DNA from: Pirellulales bacterium | GTDB taxonomy: Bacteria > Planctomycetota > Planctomycetia > Pirellulales > JAICIG01 | Assembly (NCBI GenBank): GCA_040901675.1 | Contig: JBBDYJ010000028.1 | Span: 35,336 to 99,335 of the forward strand | DNA length: 64,000 nt | Reading direction: 5' to 3' | Shown here: piece after piece, positions 46,891-57,428 of the stretch | Layout of the letters: each line of letters begins with the position of its first letter | Numbering within the stretch: position 1 is the stretch's first letter | The notes under the pieces: generated by a model | Seen by the model: only the letters and a program-made list of their open reading frames with translations | Told to the model about the DNA's origin: nothing | Database searches by the model: none | Translations under genes and position numbers: made by a program

Positions 46891-48792
46891 TTGACCACGG
46901 ACAAGACGCTTCGGCAATACGGCCTCTGGGACAGCCCGATCAGCCCCGCCAGCCTGGCCGAGGGAAAGCGGCTCGATGGCGTGCGCTGGGACTCGGATGG
47001 CCGGACGCTGGTCTGGCTCGAGGGCCGCAGCGGGCGGGGCGTGCTGGTGGCCCAGGCGGGCACCGATGCACCGCGCGAGCTGACGGCCGAGCTGAGCGTG
47101 CGGGCGGAGGTCGGTTATGGCGGCGGTGACTTCACCGTTCATAGTGGCCACGTTTATTTCGTCGTGTACAAGACGGGCCGCGTTTTCCGGCAGCCGCTGG
47201 CGGGCGGCAGCGCCCGCCCGATCACGCCTGCCTTCGGCAAGGCCGCCTCACCCGTCGTCTCACCCGAGGGCCGCTGGCTGGCCTACGTCCACCATGACGA
47301 AGAGCAGAACGACCGCCTGGCGGTGGTCGATACGTCGGGGACGTATTGGCCGCAGATTCTTTCATCCGGACACGACTTCTATATGCAGCCGCGCTGGAGC
47401 CCGGACGGCAAGCACCTGGCGTGGATCGCCTGGGACCATCCCAACATGCCCTGGGACGGGACGGTGTTGTACCTGGCCGACGTCCAGACGCCGCGCGACG
47501 GCCTGCCGAGCCTGGGCGCGCCGCGCGCGATCGCCGGCGACCACGACACCGCCATCTTCCAGCCGGAGTTCACGCCCGACAGCCGGCAGCTCTTATACGT
47601 CTCTGATGAAAGCGGCTGGGGCCGCATCGCCGCCCACGACCTGAGCGGCGGGCAGCGGCGCTGGATCAGCCCGGACGGCGTCGAGTGCGGCATGCCGGCC
47701 TGGGTGCAGCAAATGCGGACCTACGCGATCGCGGCCGACGGACGGCGCGTGACGGCAACCTTCGGCAATCGCGGCTTTCAGCACCTGGTGACGATCGACC
47801 TGGAAACGCTCGACGTTGTCCAGCCGCCGGTGCTGTCCGACTACTCGGAGATTTCCGACATCGCCGCCTCCCCCGCCAAGGAAGCCATTGCCTTCATCGG
47901 CAGCGGGCCGGTCGTGTCCAATCGCGTGGTCGTGTTCGACCCCCAGAGCAGCCAGTCGCGCGTGGTGGCCCGCGCCGGCGGCGAAACCGTCCCCCCCTCC
48001 GCTCTGGCCGCGTGCGATTGCATCTCGTGGCCCACGGCCGGCGGCGAGCAGGCGCACGGCCTGGTGTACATGCCCGCCAGCGAGCGTTTTTATTCCGAAG
48101 GGCTGCCACCGCTGGTCGTGCTGGTGCACGGAGGTCCCACGGGCCAGGCGAAGGCCGGCTGGCGGGGCGAAGCCCAGTTCTTCGCCACGCGCGGTTACGC
48201 GGTGCTGCTGGTGAACTACCGCGGCAGCACCGGCTATGGCCGCGACTACATGCTCAAGCTCCGCGGCAACTGGGGTGTGTACGACATCGAAGACGTGGTC
48301 AGCGGCAAAGAGCACTTGGTCGATTCGGGCCGCGTGGATCCCGAGCGGACCGTGATCATGGGGGGCAGCGCTGGCGGTTTCACCGTGCTCGAGACGATGG
48401 CCCGCCGGCCGGAGGCATTCAACGCGGGCGTCAGCCTGTACGGCGTCGCCAACCAGTTCAGCCTGGCCGCCGACACGCACAAGTTCGAGAGCCGGTATCT
48501 CGATTCGCTGCTGGGCCCATTGCCCCAGGCGGCCGCCGTTTATCGCGAGCGGTCGCCCGTGTTCCATGCCGAATCGATCCGCCGGCCGTTGGCGGTTTTT
48601 CAGGGCAACATCGACAACGTCGTGCCCCGCGAGCAGTCCGACTCGATCGTGGAGGCCTTGCGCCGCAACGGCACCCGCCACGTGTACCACGTCTACGAGG
48701 GCGAAGGCCACGGCTGGCGGAAGCGCGAAACCATCGAGCACTTCTACAAGGAGGTCGACGCCTTCCTGCGCCAGAACGTGATCCTCGCCTGA
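46891..48792 (+). CDS. S9 family peptidase (prolyl oligopeptidase/acylaminoacyl peptidase)
   Basis: YGLWDSPI, VHGGPT, NYRGSTGYG, GGSAGG, QGNIDNVV, EGEGHGW. Confidence 0.92.
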   Translation: MTTDKTLRQYGLWDSPISPASLAEGKRLDGVRWDSDGRTLVWLEGRSGRGVLVAQAGTDAPRELTAELSVRAEVGYGGGDFTVHSGHVYFVVYKTGRVFRQPLAGGSARPITPAFGKAASPVVSPEGRWLAYVHHDEEQNDRLAVVDTSGTYWPQILSSGHDFYMQPRWSPDGKHLAWIAWDHPNMPWDGTVLYLADVQTPRDGLPSLGAPRAIAGDHDTAIFQPEFTPDSRQLLYVSDESGWGRIAAHDLSGGQRRWISPDGVECGMPAWVQQMRTYAIAADGRRVTATFGNRGFQHLVTIDLETLDVVQPPVLSDYSEISDIAASPAKEAIAFIGSGPVVSNRVVVFDPQSSQSRVVARAGGETVPPSALAACDCISWPTAGGEQAHGLVYMPASERFYSEGLPPLVVLVHGGPTGQAKAGWRGEAQFFATRGYAVLLVNYRGSTGYGRDYMLKLRGNWGVYDIEDVVSGKEHLVDSGRVDPERTVIMGGSAGGFTVLETMARRPEAFNAGVSLYGVANQFSLAADTHKFESRYLDSLLGPLPQAAAVYRERSPVFHAESIRRPLAVFQGNIDNVVPREQSDSIVEALRRNGTRHVYHVYEGEGHGWRKRETIEHFYKEVDAFLRQNVILA

Positions 48793-48825
48793 GGCGGACT
48801 GCGCTGCAAACTGGGTGGCTGACGG

Positions 48826-48975
48826 GGGTGGCTGGTGGCAAAGCGTCAGCGTGCCCCAGGACAGTGGTCCGTGGACGGTGGTCAGAACGGCGGGTGGCTG
48901 GTGGCAAAGCGGTAGCGTGCCCCAGTCCTCGTCTCTTCCTCCTTCTGCCTTCGTCCTTCTGCCTTCTGCCTTTCC
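48826..48975. repeat. Two REP family A copies (48826-48859, 48892-48925) plus heptamer tract
   Basis: GGGTGGCTGGTGGCAAAGCG..AGCGTGCCCCAG twice, then CCTTCTG repeats. Confidence 0.88.
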
Positions 48976-48979
48976 TCCC

Positions 48980-50476
48980 TCACGCCAGAAGCTTCGTCAC
49001 CAGCTTGCCGCCCACGTCGGTCAGCCGGAAATCGCGGCCCTGGAAGCGATGCGTGAGCTTCAGATGATCGAGGCCGAAAAGGTGCAGGATCGTGGCGTGC
49101 AGGTCGTTGATGTGGATCGGATCTTCCGTGACGTTCCAGCCGATCTCGTCGGTTGTTCCAATCGTCTGGCCGCCCTTGATTCCTCCGCCGGCCATCCAGA
49201 GGCTGAAGGCAAACGGGTGATGGTCGCGGCCCGTGTTCGACTCGCGGCCGCCCCGGTTTTCGCCCAAGGGAGTCCGGCCGAACTCGCCGGCCCACACCAC
49301 CAGCGTCGTATCGAGCAGGCCTCGCTGCTTGAGGTCCTTGAGCAGGGCGGCCACCGGCTGGTCGGCCATGCGGCAGTTGAAGGCCAGCTCGCGATCGATA
49401 TAGCTGTGGTGGTCCCAAGAGGCATGATAGAGGTTGACGAACCGCACGCCGCGCTCGACCAGCCGGCGGGCCAGCAGGCAGTTGGCCGAAAAGGCCCGCA
49501 TCACGCCTCGCCCGCCTCCCCTGAAGTTCTGGTCCGGCTCGTCGGGCCGGTCGACGCCATAGGCGGCCAGCGTGGCGGCGGTCTCATCGGACAGATCGAT
49601 CAGCTCGGGCGCCGCCGATTGCATGCGGAAGGCCAGCTCGTACGAGGCGATCCGCGAGGCGATCTCGGGGTCGCCCAGGTGCTCGTAGCGCTTGCGGTTC
49701 AGCCTGGCCAGCGCGTCGAGGCTCTCGCGCTGCATCTGGGGCGAAAGCCCCGCCGGGTTGCTCAGGTTCAACACCGGATCGCCCTGGTTGCGGAACAGCA
49801 CGCCCTGGTACGTGGTCGGCAGAAAGCCGCTCGCCCAGAGCGAGGCCCCGCCGCTGGTGCCCCGGCCCGCGGTGAGCACGACGTAGCCGGGCAGGTCGTG
49901 CGACTCGCTGCCCAGGCCATAGTTGAGCCACGACCCCATGCTGGGGCGGCCGAACATCGGCACGCCGGTGTTCATCAGCAACTGGCCGGGGTGGTGATTG
50001 AAGGCCTCGGTGTGCATCGAGCGGACCAGGGCGATGTCGTCGACGCAGCCTGACAGGTGCGGGAGCAGATCCGAGAGCACCATGCCGCACTCGCCGTACT
50101 TGGCAAACGTGCGCGGGCAGCCCATCAGGACCGCCGACTCCTTCTGGATGAAGGCAAAACGCACGTTCGTGGTCATCGACTCGGGCAGCTTCTGACCGTT
50201 GAGCTCGTTGAGCTTGGGCTTGGGATCGAACAGGTCGATCTGGCTGGGAGCCCCTTCCAAGAAGATGAAGATGCAGGCCTTGGCCCGCGGCGCAAAGTGT
50301 GGCGGCCGCGGCGCCAGCGGGCTCGCCAACGCCGTGCCGGCCGCGCCGGCGCCATCGGCTGCCAACAGACCGTCGGCAGCCAGCAGCGAAGCCAACGCTG
50401 CGCCGCCAATGCCTCCAGCGGAAGTCGTCAGAAACTCGCGCCGCGAGCGGAGAATGCGTTCGTCGATTGGGCTCAT
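48980..50476 (-). CDS. DUF1501 domain protein (Tat)
   Basis: SRREFL, GAPSQIDLFDPKP, ARRLVERGVRFV, WDHH, GEFGRTP, GRDHHP. Confidence 0.93.
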   Translation of the reverse strand: MSPIDERILRSRREFLTTSAGGIGGAALASLLAADGLLAADGAGAAGTALASPLAPRPPHFAPRAKACIFIFLEGAPSQIDLFDPKPKLNELNGQKLPESMTTNVRFAFIQKESAVLMGCPRTFAKYGECGMVLSDLLPHLSGCVDDIALVRSMHTEAFNHHPGQLLMNTGVPMFGRPSMGSWLNYGLGSESHDLPGYVVLTAGRGTSGGASLWASGFLPTTYQGVLFRNQGDPVLNLSNPAGLSPQMQRESLDALARLNRKRYEHLGDPEIASRIASYELAFRMQSAAPELIDLSDETAATLAAYGVDRPDEPDQNFRGGGRGVMRAFSANCLLARRLVERGVRFVNLYHASWDHHSYIDRELAFNCRMADQPVAALLKDLKQRGLLDTTLVVWAGEFGRTPLGENRGGRESNTGRDHHPFAFSLWMAGGGIKGGQTIGTTDEIGWNVTEDPIHINDLHATILHLFGLDHLKLTHRFQGRDFRLTDVGGKLVTKLLA

Positions 50477-50498
50477 GTCAAAGTACCTGTGCGCGGCG

Positions 50499-53400
50499 TC
50501 ACTCCCGCGTAATGAATTCGTCCAGGTTCAACAGCGTTCGCCCCACGGCCACCCAGGCGGCCAGCTCGGCGTCGGATATCGCCACCGGCCTCGGCTGGCT
50601 GCCGGCCAGTTGGGCAGCCGAGGCCGGGTCGGCCTGGCAAAGAGCCAGCTCGGCCTCGTAGAGCGCGGCGAGATCCGCTAGCTCATCATCGCCGGGCGAG
50701 CGTGCCAGGCAAATCCGGAAAGCATAGCGAAGCCGCTCCCCAGGGTGGTCTACTCGCTCCGCGAGTGGCTCGACTGAGTGATCCGCGTCGAAGCCGGCCG
50801 AATCGGGGCCGGCAGAATCTCTGTCCCCCGCCTCGGCCACGATCCGGCGGGCGAGCGCTTGAGCGCACTCGAAAAACACCGGGTCGTTCAAGAGCGTCAG
50901 CGCCTGCAGCGGCGTGTTCGACCGCTCGCGGCGGGTGCAGGCCACGTTGCTGTCGGGCGCGTCAAACGTCATCAACATCGGGTAGGGGCTGGTCCGCTGG
51001 AACCAGGTGTACAGCCCGCGGCGATAACGGTCCGCTCCGCTGCTCTCGACCCACTTGGCGCTGTCGGCGTACGTCAGCTCCGAGATGCCGGCCGGCTGCG
51101 GCGGGCGCACGCTGGGGCCGCCGATCGTCGGGTTCAGCAAGCCGCTGGCAGCCAACGAGAGGTCGCGGATCACTTCGGCCTCGACGCGCAGCCGCCGCTG
51201 CCGGGCCAGCAGAATGTTGCTCGGATCGCGCTGGAGGTGCTCCGGCAAAGTCCGCGACGACTGCCGATAGGTGGCCGAAGTCACGATCAGCTTGTGCAGC
51301 GCCTTGAGGCTCCAGTCGTGGGCCATGAATTGCCCCGCCAGCCAGTCGAGCAGCTCCGGGTGGCTGGGCGGCTCGCCCTGCGTGCCGAAGTCGTCATCCG
51401 TCGATACCAGGCCACGGCCAAAGTGCCTGGCCCACACACGGTTGACCGTGACCCGGGCCGTCAGGGGGTTGGCGGGATCGACCAGCCACGCGGCCAGATC
51501 CAGCCGGTCGGGCTGGGGGCCTCGCGGCTGCATCGAGTGCAGGACGGCCGGCGTGTGCGGATCGACCCGCGCCCCCGGCTGCAAAAAATCGCCCCGCAGC
51601 AGGATGTGCGTCTCGCGCGGCGTGCTCGCCTGGGCCACCGCCTGCGCCTTGGTCACGGTGCCGGGATCGACCGGCGCCTTGGCCGCATGCTCCGCCAACG
51701 CCTGCTTCAATTTTGCCAGCTCCGGATCGGCAGTCCGGTGGAACTCGGCCAGCTCCGACAGCTCGTCGGCCGTCCGCTCGGCCGCCGGTTTGGCCAGGAT
51801 GCCGGCCAGCCGGCTGGAAATGCCCTTGGCGTCCAACGGACCGTTGGACGACGTGATCGAGATCCTCAGCCGGCCGATGGTGTGCTGTTGGCCATGCTGC
51901 TGATCCAGCGTGAACGTCAACCGGCGGCTCCCCTCGCCGGCCGGCGGCTGCCTGGTTTCGAAAACAGTCTCGAAAACAGTCTCGAAAACCGCCACGTGAT
52001 CGCGCCCGAACTGCGGCGCCACCGCCCAACCGGTCTTGGTGTCGCCATCGATCGCATTGGCCGGAGGAAAACCATCCTGGGCGAAGTCGGCCTGTCCCCC
52101 TGCCAGCTCAACGGCCTGAAGCTCGCCGCCAGCGCCCGCCGGCGTGGCCGCCAGACGCAGCTCAGACAGCACAAAATTGCCATGCGCCACGCGGCCCGGG
52201 CCCTTGGCCGGCAAGCTCGGATCGGACAGGACTTCCAGCCGCAGGCCGGTAATGGTCCCTAGATCGGTGGCGGCCGTAATCGAGTACGTATCGGTGTCGG
52301 GTTTTTTTCCTTCCACCAGCAGCGAGCCGTCGCCTTGTGTCTTCAACGTCGCACCGCCGGCCGACGTGGCACTTTCAGGCTCCAGCACCGTCCAAACCGT
52401 GAGCGAGTTGAGGTCGAGGCCCTTTTCCCACTCCGCCTGGCGCGACGCGAGCTCCTCCCGCTCGAATCGTTCGACTTCCGCCGCCAGTTTCGCTTGCTCC
52501 TGGTCGAATACCTGCTTGGCCTCGCGGTAGGCGGCCGCCTGCTCGGGCAGCGGCGCGGGCAGATCGACTTCGTCCAGGCTGTTGAAGAAGGCAAAAAGCC
52601 CGTAGTACTCGCGCTGGGCGAGCGGGTCGTACTTGTGCGTATGGCATTGGGCGCAGGCGACCGTCAGGCCGAGCCAGATCGAGCCGGTCGTGTTCACTCG
52701 ATCGACGGTTTTCTTGACGCGGTCCTCTTCCGGATCGACGCCGCCTTCGCGGTTCGTCAGCGTGTTGCGGTGAAAGCCGGTCGCGATCCGGGCCGACTCG
52801 TCTTCGCCGAGCAGGTCGCCGGCCAACTGCTCGATCGTGAACTGATCGAACGGCAGATCGCGGTTCAAGGCCTCGATCACCCAATTGCGGTACCGCCAGG
52901 CGTGGGGCCGCCCGGTGTCTTTTTCGTAGCCGTCGCTGTCGGCGTAGCGGGCCAGGTCGAGCCAGTGCCGGCCCCAGCGCTCGCCGTAGTGGGGCGAAGC
53001 AAGCAGCCGGTCGACCAGCCCCTCATACGCATCGGGCCGCGCGTCGCTGAGAAAGTCGTCCACCTCCGCCGGCGCCGGCGGCAGGCCCAACAGGTCGATC
53101 GAAAGCCGGCGGATCAGCGTAGCGCGGTCGGCCTCCGGCGAGGGCGCCAGGCCCGACCCTTCCAGCCGGGCCAGCACAAAAGCATCGATCCCGTTGCGCA
53201 CGCGGCCCGCATCGGCCACCTGGGGCACCGCCACCGGCTCAATCGGCTTGAACGACCAATGATCGGCGCCGCCCGCCCGCGCGGCGGCCGTTTCATCGGC
53301 CCAGTCGGCTCCCTGGTCGATCCAGGCCCGCAAGAGCCCGATCTCGGCGGCCGAGAGCCGTTCGCCGTCGGGCGGCATCACGATCTCGTCCTCGTTGAGT

Positions 53401-53774
53401 CCCGTGACATATCGGATCAGCCGGCTATCGGCGCTCTTGCCCGGCACCAGCGCCGGGCCGCTATTGCCGCCGCGCAAGGCATCGTCCTTGGTATCGAGTC
53501 GCAGGCTCGCCTCGGCCATCTCGGCACCGTGGCACGAATGGCAATGCTTGGCGAGGATCGGCTGGACATCGCGGGCAAAATCGACCGGTTCGGCCGAGGG
53601 CGCCGGCAGGGCGGCCTCGCCACTGCCTGCAGGTTGCGCTGCGTCTTGATTCGGCCCGCCGGCTTCCTGGACCGCCTCGTCCGCGGCCTGGGCCAAAGCG
53701 AGCCAACCGCCCAGCGCAACCGCCAGCACGGCGAGCAGTCGCGGACGCGATACGCGGGGTCGGAGCCGACGCAT
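50499..53774 (-). CDS. PSD1 and planctomycete cytochrome c domain protein (DUF1549/DUF1553)
   Basis: CHSCHG heme motif, HYGERWGRHWLDLARY, CAQCHTHKYDP, NTPLQAL. Confidence 0.93.
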   Translation of the reverse strand: MRRLRPRVSRPRLLAVLAVALGGWLALAQAADEAVQEAGGPNQDAAQPAGSGEAALPAPSAEPVDFARDVQPILAKHCHSCHGAEMAEASLRLDTKDDALRGGNSGPALVPGKSADSRLIRYVTGLNEDEIVMPPDGERLSAAEIGLLRAWIDQGADWADETAAARAGGADHWSFKPIEPVAVPQVADAGRVRNGIDAFVLARLEGSGLAPSPEADRATLIRRLSIDLLGLPPAPAEVDDFLSDARPDAYEGLVDRLLASPHYGERWGRHWLDLARYADSDGYEKDTGRPHAWRYRNWVIEALNRDLPFDQFTIEQLAGDLLGEDESARIATGFHRNTLTNREGGVDPEEDRVKKTVDRVNTTGSIWLGLTVACAQCHTHKYDPLAQREYYGLFAFFNSLDEVDLPAPLPEQAAAYREAKQVFDQEQAKLAAEVERFEREELASRQAEWEKGLDLNSLTVWTVLEPESATSAGGATLKTQGDGSLLVEGKKPDTDTYSITAATDLGTITGLRLEVLSDPSLPAKGPGRVAHGNFVLSELRLAATPAGAGGELQAVELAGGQADFAQDGFPPANAIDGDTKTGWAVAPQFGRDHVAVFETVFETVFETRQPPAGEGSRRLTFTLDQQHGQQHTIGRLRISITSSNGPLDAKGISSRLAGILAKPAAERTADELSELAEFHRTADPELAKLKQALAEHAAKAPVDPGTVTKAQAVAQASTPRETHILLRGDFLQPGARVDPHTPAVLHSMQPRGPQPDRLDLAAWLVDPANPLTARVTVNRVWARHFGRGLVSTDDDFGTQGEPPSHPELLDWLAGQFMAHDWSLKALHKLIVTSATYRQSSRTLPEHLQRDPSNILLARQRRLRVEAEVIRDLSLAASGLLNPTIGGPSVRPPQPAGISELTYADSAKWVESSGADRYRRGLYTWFQRTSPYPMLMTFDAPDSNVACTRRERSNTPLQALTLLNDPVFFECAQALARRIVAEAGDRDSAGPDSAGFDADHSVEPLAERVDHPGERLRYAFRICLARSPGDDELADLAALYEAELALCQADPASAAQLAGSQPRPVAISDAELAAWVAVGRTLLNLDEFITRE

Positions 53775-53878
53775 TTTTTTTCAGCTCCAGAAGTCGGTGG
53801 GCAGCGGCGCGTGGCCGCGGAGCTATCCAGGCAGGCCAACCCTTGATTACAGCCCCGCCGCCGGCAGGTGTCAAGGCA
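53672..53878. repeat. Direct repeat copy 1 (5' end and upstream region of PSD1 gene)
   Basis: Closely similar to 55174-55380. Confidence 0.9.
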
Positions 53879-54173
53879 GGTCGCAAGCCGCTAGTCCCAA
53901 AGTCGAGGAGAAGCGTGTCGAAGTCAGCCACCGCGCGGCTAGTGCCAGACAATGTCAGGTCCAACAGGGTCACGTCCAACAGGAACTCGACTAATGGACG
54001 GGACAGCTCGCCAATCAGCCGCCCCCTCGAGATCGTCGTGGAGTTCGTATCCAGTGAAGAGTATTGGCTGCTAGCCATAGTCGGTCTAGATTAACGCTGC
54101 CCTTGCGGTAAGCTATAAGCAGGGAAGAAGGGTAGATCAGTTCATTGCGAAGCGTTCCAGGGGGGAGTAGATT

Positions 54174-54488
54174 ATGGGGAAGAGGAAAAGCACGAGAACC
54201 AAGACACACCAGATAGACGTCACGGAAAAGGCCGCGCAGGTCCGGGAATTCGTCGTTGAGCTGGTCCAAATCAAGGAGCCCGTAGACGTGGTGATGGAAG
54301 GGAAGGTCGTGATCCGAGCCCTTCCCGCAAAGGAGCCGGCGGACGCTGACTTCGTCGACGCAACGCCGGACGAGCGAGCACGGGCCTGGCGAGAAATCCA
54401 AAAGATTCAGCGAAAAGTTGGCAGGTCGCTCAAGGACCTGGGCGTCACCGAAGACGACGTGCTACGGGAAATCCTGACGGACGACTGA
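54174..54488 (+). CDS. Putative antitoxin
   Basis: Small ORF directly upstream of PIN gene, acidic C-terminus GVTEDDVLREILTDD. Confidence 0.65.
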   Translation: MGKRKSTRTKTHQIDVTEKAAQVREFVVELVQIKEPVDVVMEGKVVIRALPAKEPADADFVDATPDERARAWREIQKIQRKVGRSLKDLGVTEDDVLREILTDD

Positions 54489-54506
54489 CGACAACAGCCG
54501 GCGCGG

Positions 54507-54971
54507 ATGTCTTCAGAAGAAAAACTGGTCGTCGTCTTCGACACCAACGTTATTATTCCGTTAAGCATTCCGACGGGACGCTCTCGATCGTCCCGTCTTT
54601 TTTTGCGCCTCAAAGCCTCGGGGCACGTGATTGCGGTCTCCCCGCAGATTCTGGCAGAAGTACGCGAGAAGCTGCTCACCAAGGAACCATTGCGAAAATG
54701 GCTAAAGCTCTCGGACGAAGAGATCGAGCGATTCGTGCAGCAGCTTCCCAGTCTGCTGGGTCGCACGCTCAAAGGCACCCTCCACCTGCACGGTGTCGTG
54801 CCGGCTGATCCCAAGGATGATGCCATTATTGCGGCAGCCGTGGAGGCCGGCGCTTCCTATATCATCTCGGAGGACGCTCACGTGCTTAGTGTCGGTGCGT
54901 ATGAGGGAATCAAGATCATGAACCGAGCGCAATTCGAAGCCGAGCTGGATCGGCTCGGTGTGCCCGACTAA
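54507..54971 (+). CDS. PIN domain toxin (VapC-like)
   Basis: VVFDTNVI, ILAEV, DPKDDAIIAAA, IISED. Confidence 0.9.
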   Translation: MSSEEKLVVVFDTNVIIPLSIPTGRSRSSRLFLRLKASGHVIAVSPQILAEVREKLLTKEPLRKWLKLSDEEIERFVQQLPSLLGRTLKGTLHLHGVVPADPKDDAIIAAAVEAGASYIISEDAHVLSVGAYEGIKIMNRAQFEAELDRLGVPD

Positions 54972-55173
54972 AACACAGCAGACGGGAAGACGCTTTCGAA
55001 AGGGCAGTCGCTGTCTGGGTCAAAGCGCGCTTCAAAACCAGCCACGCGTGGGCGCTTCAAACCCAGCCGGCCTTGGGGGATAAGGGGGTAAACTGCCGGT
55101 TTCGTTTTGGTTGTGTGCCGGCCGGTTGAGACGCTTTTGCCGATGGGCGCTTTGGCTGGTTTTGAATCGCCAG

Positions 55174-55380
55174 CCGCCTCGTCCGCGGCCTGGGCCGACG
55201 CGAACCAGCCGCCCAGCGCAAGGGCCAGCACGGCGAGCAGTCGCGGACCCGATAGGCGGGGTCGGAGCCGACGCATTTTTTCAGCTCCAGAAGGTCGGTG
55301 GGCAAGCGGCGCGTGGCCGCGGAGCTATCCAGGCAGGCCAACCCTTGATTACAGCCCGCCCGCCGGCGAGTGTCAAGGCA
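55174..55380. repeat. Direct repeat copy 2 (orphan PSD1 5' fragment)
   Basis: Encodes MRRLRPRLSGPRLLAVLALALGGW...AADEA then diverges. Confidence 0.9.
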
Positions 55381-55480
55381 CGCAGCGGTCGGTTGGCAGG
55401 CGCAACTGGTCTGAACGACGCTGTTCATGGATCCGGCGCGACGAATGCCCGCGCTGAAGCGGTCCTACCGCTTGGCTGGC

Positions 55481-55864
55481 CTAGCGAGTCCCCTTGGAGA
55501 GATTATCCTCCAGCTCAATCTTCAGTCGCTTGCCCAACGACCGCGCAAGCCGTTCGAGAGTCCCTATCGTGGGGTTGACGGCCACGCCGTTCTCGATCCG
55601 GCTGATGGCGGCCTTGTCGATTCCACTTCGGCTCGACAGCTCCGTCAGACTCACGTTAAGTTGCTCTCGCACTTTTTTCAGGTGGAAAGCAAAAGCCATG
55701 GCTGCCAGGCATTCACCCTGCGTCACCGGCTCCGCGAACTCGCCGCTGTTGACCAGATCTTGAAGAGATGGCTTCTCGCCATCGAACCTGGCCCGCACCT
55801 CCAAATCACGTTGAACCTGTTGGGCAGAACGTCGATAGGTTCGTTTGCTCGCCATGTTCGACAC
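55481..55864 (-). CDS. XRE family HTH protein
   Basis: LKKVREQLNVSLTELSSRSGIDKAAISRIENG...NPTIGTL. Confidence 0.85.
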   Translation of the reverse strand: MSNMASKRTYRRSAQQVQRDLEVRARFDGEKPSLQDLVNSGEFAEPVTQGECLAAMAFAFHLKKVREQLNVSLTELSSRSGIDKAAISRIENGVAVNPTIGTLERLARSLGKRLKIELEDNLSKGTR

Positions 55865-55992
55865 CGTCTAACTCTGTTCACGCCCCCCTCGGTGGCGCGC
55901 GGTTCAAAGATTCAAAGGCCTTGTTGACAAGGATATCACAAAAGCGGCTATAACAGATACCTGCAACGAGGCGTGAACCACGCGGAAAGTCC

Positions 55993-57276
55993 ATGAGCCA
56001 AACCCTACGCCAGCGGTTGTTCGACGAGATCGACTCCTGGGTCCTGATCGACCCGCATACGCACATCAACCCGCATGCGCCGGCCTCGACGAACCTGGCG
56101 GACATCCTGGGATACCACTACTACACCGAGCTGGCCCATTCGGCCGGCCTGCCGAAGGAGCGGATCGAAGAACAGCGGCTGGATCCCAGGGAAAAAACCC
56201 GCCGGCTCGTCGAGGCGCTGGAGCCGCTGGAGAACACGGTCCAGTATGGCTGGCTGATCGAGATGGCCCGCGAGTTCTTCGATTTCCAGGACGAACGGCT
56301 GACCCCGGACAATTGGCAGGGGCTGTACGAGGCGGCCGCCGCCAAGGCACGCGCACCAGGCTGGGCCGCCGAGGTGCTCCAGCGCAGCAAGCTGGAAGCG
56401 GTCTTTCTGACTAACGACTTCGACGACGCGCTCGAAGGCTTCGACACGCGGGTCTATATCCCCTGCCTGAGGACCGACGACCTGGTCTTCCACCTGGCCA
56501 AGAGCGAAGTCCGCCGCCGGCTGGAACAGGCCAGCGGCGTCGGCGTGGGCGGCGCCGGCACGTTGCGGGCCGCCATCGGCAAGCTGTTTACCCACTTTGC
56601 AGGGCACGGCGCCAGGGCCTGCGCCATCTCGCTGCCTCCCGACTTCTCACCGGTCCGGGTGCCGCAGGCCGCGGCCGATGCGGCCGTATCGGCCGTGTTC
56701 GCCGGAGGCACGGCCGCCCCCGCCGAGCGGCGGCGCGAGCTGGCCCATTTCGTGTTCTGGACACTGGCGGAGTTCTGCGCCGAGTTCAAGCTGCCGTTCG
56801 ACTTGATGATCGGCGTCAACCGGGGCGTCTACGCGGCCGGCGTCCACCAGGGCCAGGACCTGTTCGACAGCCGCGTCTCGCTGATTCAGTACCGCGAGCT
56901 GTTCAATGCCTTCCCGCAGGTAGTGTTCCCCATCTCGGTGCTGGCCAGCGTGACCAACCAGGAGCTGACGAGCTACAGTTGGATCTTCCCCAACGTGGTC
57001 ACGCATGGCCATTGGTGGTACTCGAACACGCCGGCGTTCATCGAGCACGACGCCAGCGCCCGGCTGGAGGCCGTGCCCGCGACCAAGCAGATCGGCTACT
57101 ACAGCGACATGTACAAGCTGGAGTTCGCCCTGCCGAAGTTTGCGATGTACAAGCGGATCCTGGCCAAGATCCTGGCCGAGCGGTTCGTGATCGATCGCGG
57201 TTGGAGCGAAGAGCGGGCCGTCGCCCTGGCGCGGCGCGTGCTGCGCGACAACGTCGAACGCGTGTTCGGAGTGTAG
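55993..57276 (+). CDS. Glucuronate isomerase-like amidohydrolase-fold protein
   Basis: IDPHTH, GYHYY, GHWWYSN, GYYSDMYKLE. Confidence 0.8.
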   Translation: MSQTLRQRLFDEIDSWVLIDPHTHINPHAPASTNLADILGYHYYTELAHSAGLPKERIEEQRLDPREKTRRLVEALEPLENTVQYGWLIEMAREFFDFQDERLTPDNWQGLYEAAAAKARAPGWAAEVLQRSKLEAVFLTNDFDDALEGFDTRVYIPCLRTDDLVFHLAKSEVRRRLEQASGVGVGGAGTLRAAIGKLFTHFAGHGARACAISLPPDFSPVRVPQAAADAAVSAVFAGGTAAPAERRRELAHFVFWTLAEFCAEFKLPFDLMIGVNRGVYAAGVHQGQDLFDSRVSLIQYRELFNAFPQVVFPISVLASVTNQELTSYSWIFPNVVTHGHWWYSNTPAFIEHDASARLEAVPATKQIGYYSDMYKLEFALPKFAMYKRILAKILAERFVIDRGWSEERAVALARRVLRDNVERVFGV

Positions 57277-57278
57277 GC

Positions 57279-57426
57279 GTAGCAGGATTCGCCAGAATTG
57301 TAGCAGGATTCGCCAGAATTCTGGCGAAGTGCGTGACGGCCCGAACTCTGGCGAGTTCGGCTACCTTGAGTCCGGCTACGTTGAGTTTGTCAGGCGGGTC
57401 ACCGCCCGAACTCTGGCGCCGGCTAC
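57279..57426. repeat. GTAG-type REP family B cluster
   Basis: GTAGCAGGATTCGCCAGAATT twice; CCGAACTCTGGCGAGTTCGGCTAC. Confidence 0.85.
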
Positions 57427-57428
57427 GT

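Noticed and set aside
51958..51990. 12-bp tandem repeat (FETVFETVFET) in the PSD1 gene; similar in-frame repeats at 9821-9856 and 7751-7775
   Set aside because: Ordinary in-frame slippage duplications; no evidence of phase variation
53461..54078. 205-aa minus-strand ORF next to the PIN module
   Set aside because: Mostly overlaps the PSD1 gene out of frame; no motif I can support
54968..55276. 102-aa secreted ORF
   Set aside because: Only the duplicated PSD1 signal peptide running into unrelated sequence
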